The notes below the pieces were generated by a model that saw only the letters and a list, made by a program, of their open reading frames with translations, had not been told where the DNA came from and ran no database searches. Below are positions 62,561-64,000 of a stretch of DNA of 64,000 bases, piece by piece; position 1 is the first letter of the stretch; the number at the start of each line of letters is the position of its first letter. A program made the position numbers and the translations under genes. Origin of the DNA: Octopus bimaculoides (lineage: Eukaryota); assembly GCF_001194135.2 (NCBI RefSeq), contig NC_068982.1:145149001-145213000 (forward strand), given 5' to 3'.

Positions 62561-63108
62561 GTAAATATATATATATATATGAGGTCACAGAAGTGTGACG
62601 AAAGAACTCTGGCCGAAATAAGATTAAGATTAAGATTAATGTAATATAAAGCTGAAAAAAAAAAAATTAACACCAAATATACAGTGCGTGTGTTTTTNNN
62701 NNNNNNNNNNNNNNNNNNNNNNNNNNNNNNNNNNNNNNNNNNNNNNNNNNNNNNNNNNNNNNNNNNNNNNNNNNNNNNNNNNNNNNNNNNNNNNNNNNNN
62801 NNNNNNNNNNNNNNNNNNNNNNNNNNNNNNNNNNNNNNNNNNNNNNNNNNNNNNNNNNNNNNNNNNNNNNNNNNNNNNNNNNNNNNNNNNNNNNNNNNNN
62901 NNNNNNNNNNNNNNNNNNNNNNNNNNNNNNNNNNNNNNNNNNNNNNNNNNNNNNNNNNNNNNNNNNNNNNNNNNNNNNNNNNNNNNNNNNNNNNNNNNNN
63001 NNNNNNNNNNNNNNNNNNNNNNNNNNNNNNNNNNNNNNATATATATATATATATGTATGTATGTATATGCATGTATGTATGTATGTATATATATATAAAT
63101 AAATAAAT

Positions 63109-63161
<53 letters not shown>

Positions 63162-63314
63162 CATATATATATATGTATATATAACTAAAACTAGAAGAGC
63201 GACAGTGACTTCAAATTTTGCCATAAAGACCTTCATCCCACTGTATGCGTGCGCTTGTTTCTACTTACTACCTCGTGCGCACGCGCACACACATACTTTC
63301 TTTTAGTATATCTA

Positions 63315-63345
<31 letters not shown>

Positions 63346-63760
63346 ATAACATCTACACTCAGCTTAAACGAGTGATGTGCTTGAAAAGTGAAGGGGAACA
63401 CTTGTCTCCTAATGAACCACTGTGATGCCGTTTGAGATGTCAAAGAATTCTCCTTTATTCTTCTGTGTACAAGGAAATAACATGAATACATATCTGTTGG
63501 AGTAAAATGCGAGAACACTCTAGATTAAACTACTTGAGATTCATGTGTATACAGACATATCATTTCCCTGCTTTAGAGTTTTGATAACTATATTGCGGTT
63601 CCTTTCCATCTCATTTTCTCTGTGAATCTTTGTATATGTGAATATTTTGTGTGCGTATATTTGAATTTTCCTCGAAATTTATTTGTTTATTCAAACACAA
63701 ACAGTTACAAACACACACATATATATATATATACATATATATGTAAGTGTATATATTTAA

Positions 63761-63794
<34 letters not shown>

Positions 63795-64000
63795 CATACA
63801 TAAAGCGCATACTGACATATCTATGTAAATGTACGTATAATTTTTGTGTGTATGCATGAATTTTGACTGAAATTTATCAATGATGATACACACAAAATCA
63901 CTTACATATGCATACATACGCTCACATCCATTCTTACATCAAGCCAGACACACACACACACACACGCACGTGCACGCAGATATGTATGTGTGTGTATATA

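Larger units (their letters stand above)
4641..63038. other. Assembly gaps (N runs); the span given is first to last gap, not one continuous feature
   Basis: N runs at about 4641-5592, 5897-6046, 10137-10330, 11523-12511, 13218-13665, 17197-17583, 18730-19568, 22986-23199, 25297-25405, 28675-28683, 30867-30994, 32576-32737, 34334-34567, 35624-35632, 36177-36974, 41458-41714, 44742-45359, 50467-51270, 52024-52477, 53416-53683, 56767-56969, 61041-61842, 62698-63038. Confidence 0.98.

Noticed and set aside
827-63917. Nearly all listed ORFs (poly-YI, HT, CV, ER, poly-X)
   Set aside because: Translations of dinucleotide/trinucleotide repeats or frames running through N gaps; not genes

Overview
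Eukaryotic, AT-rich, repeat-saturated window of a gappy short-read scaffold (23 N-runs, most flanked by microsatellite). The SINE families and the (TA)n/(CA)n/(GA)n density point to an octopus genome, probably Octopus bimaculoides; this is inference from repeat content. No intact gene, rRNA, tRNA or CRISPR array is recognisable, and nearly all listed ORFs are microsatellite, N-gap or antisense-of-transposon artefacts. Contents: two abundant tRNA-derived SINE families (family A, including a dimeric form with target-site duplications; family B, with a CORE-like box and an internal microsatellite), and decayed LINEs of R4/Dong-like, RTE, CR1-like and Tx1/L1-like type. Also present are Penelope-like fragments with degenerate hammerhead motifs, mariner, maT/DD37D-like and hAT (Charlie/Buster-like) transposase fossils, and several MITEs. 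A few short stretches flanked by splice sites are weak candidate exons of an unidentified host gene. Most interesting unexplained structures: a perfect 34-bp inverted copy, inserted between 17-bp direct repeats, that brackets a candidate exon (26.6-27.5 kb); a pre-miRNA-sized hairpin (55.5 kb); a 46-bp hairpin with an alternative fold (3.5 kb); and a nested head-to-head SINE cluster predicted to form long dsRNA (47.5-48.4 kb). I do not see convincing evidence of a new multi-gene system.
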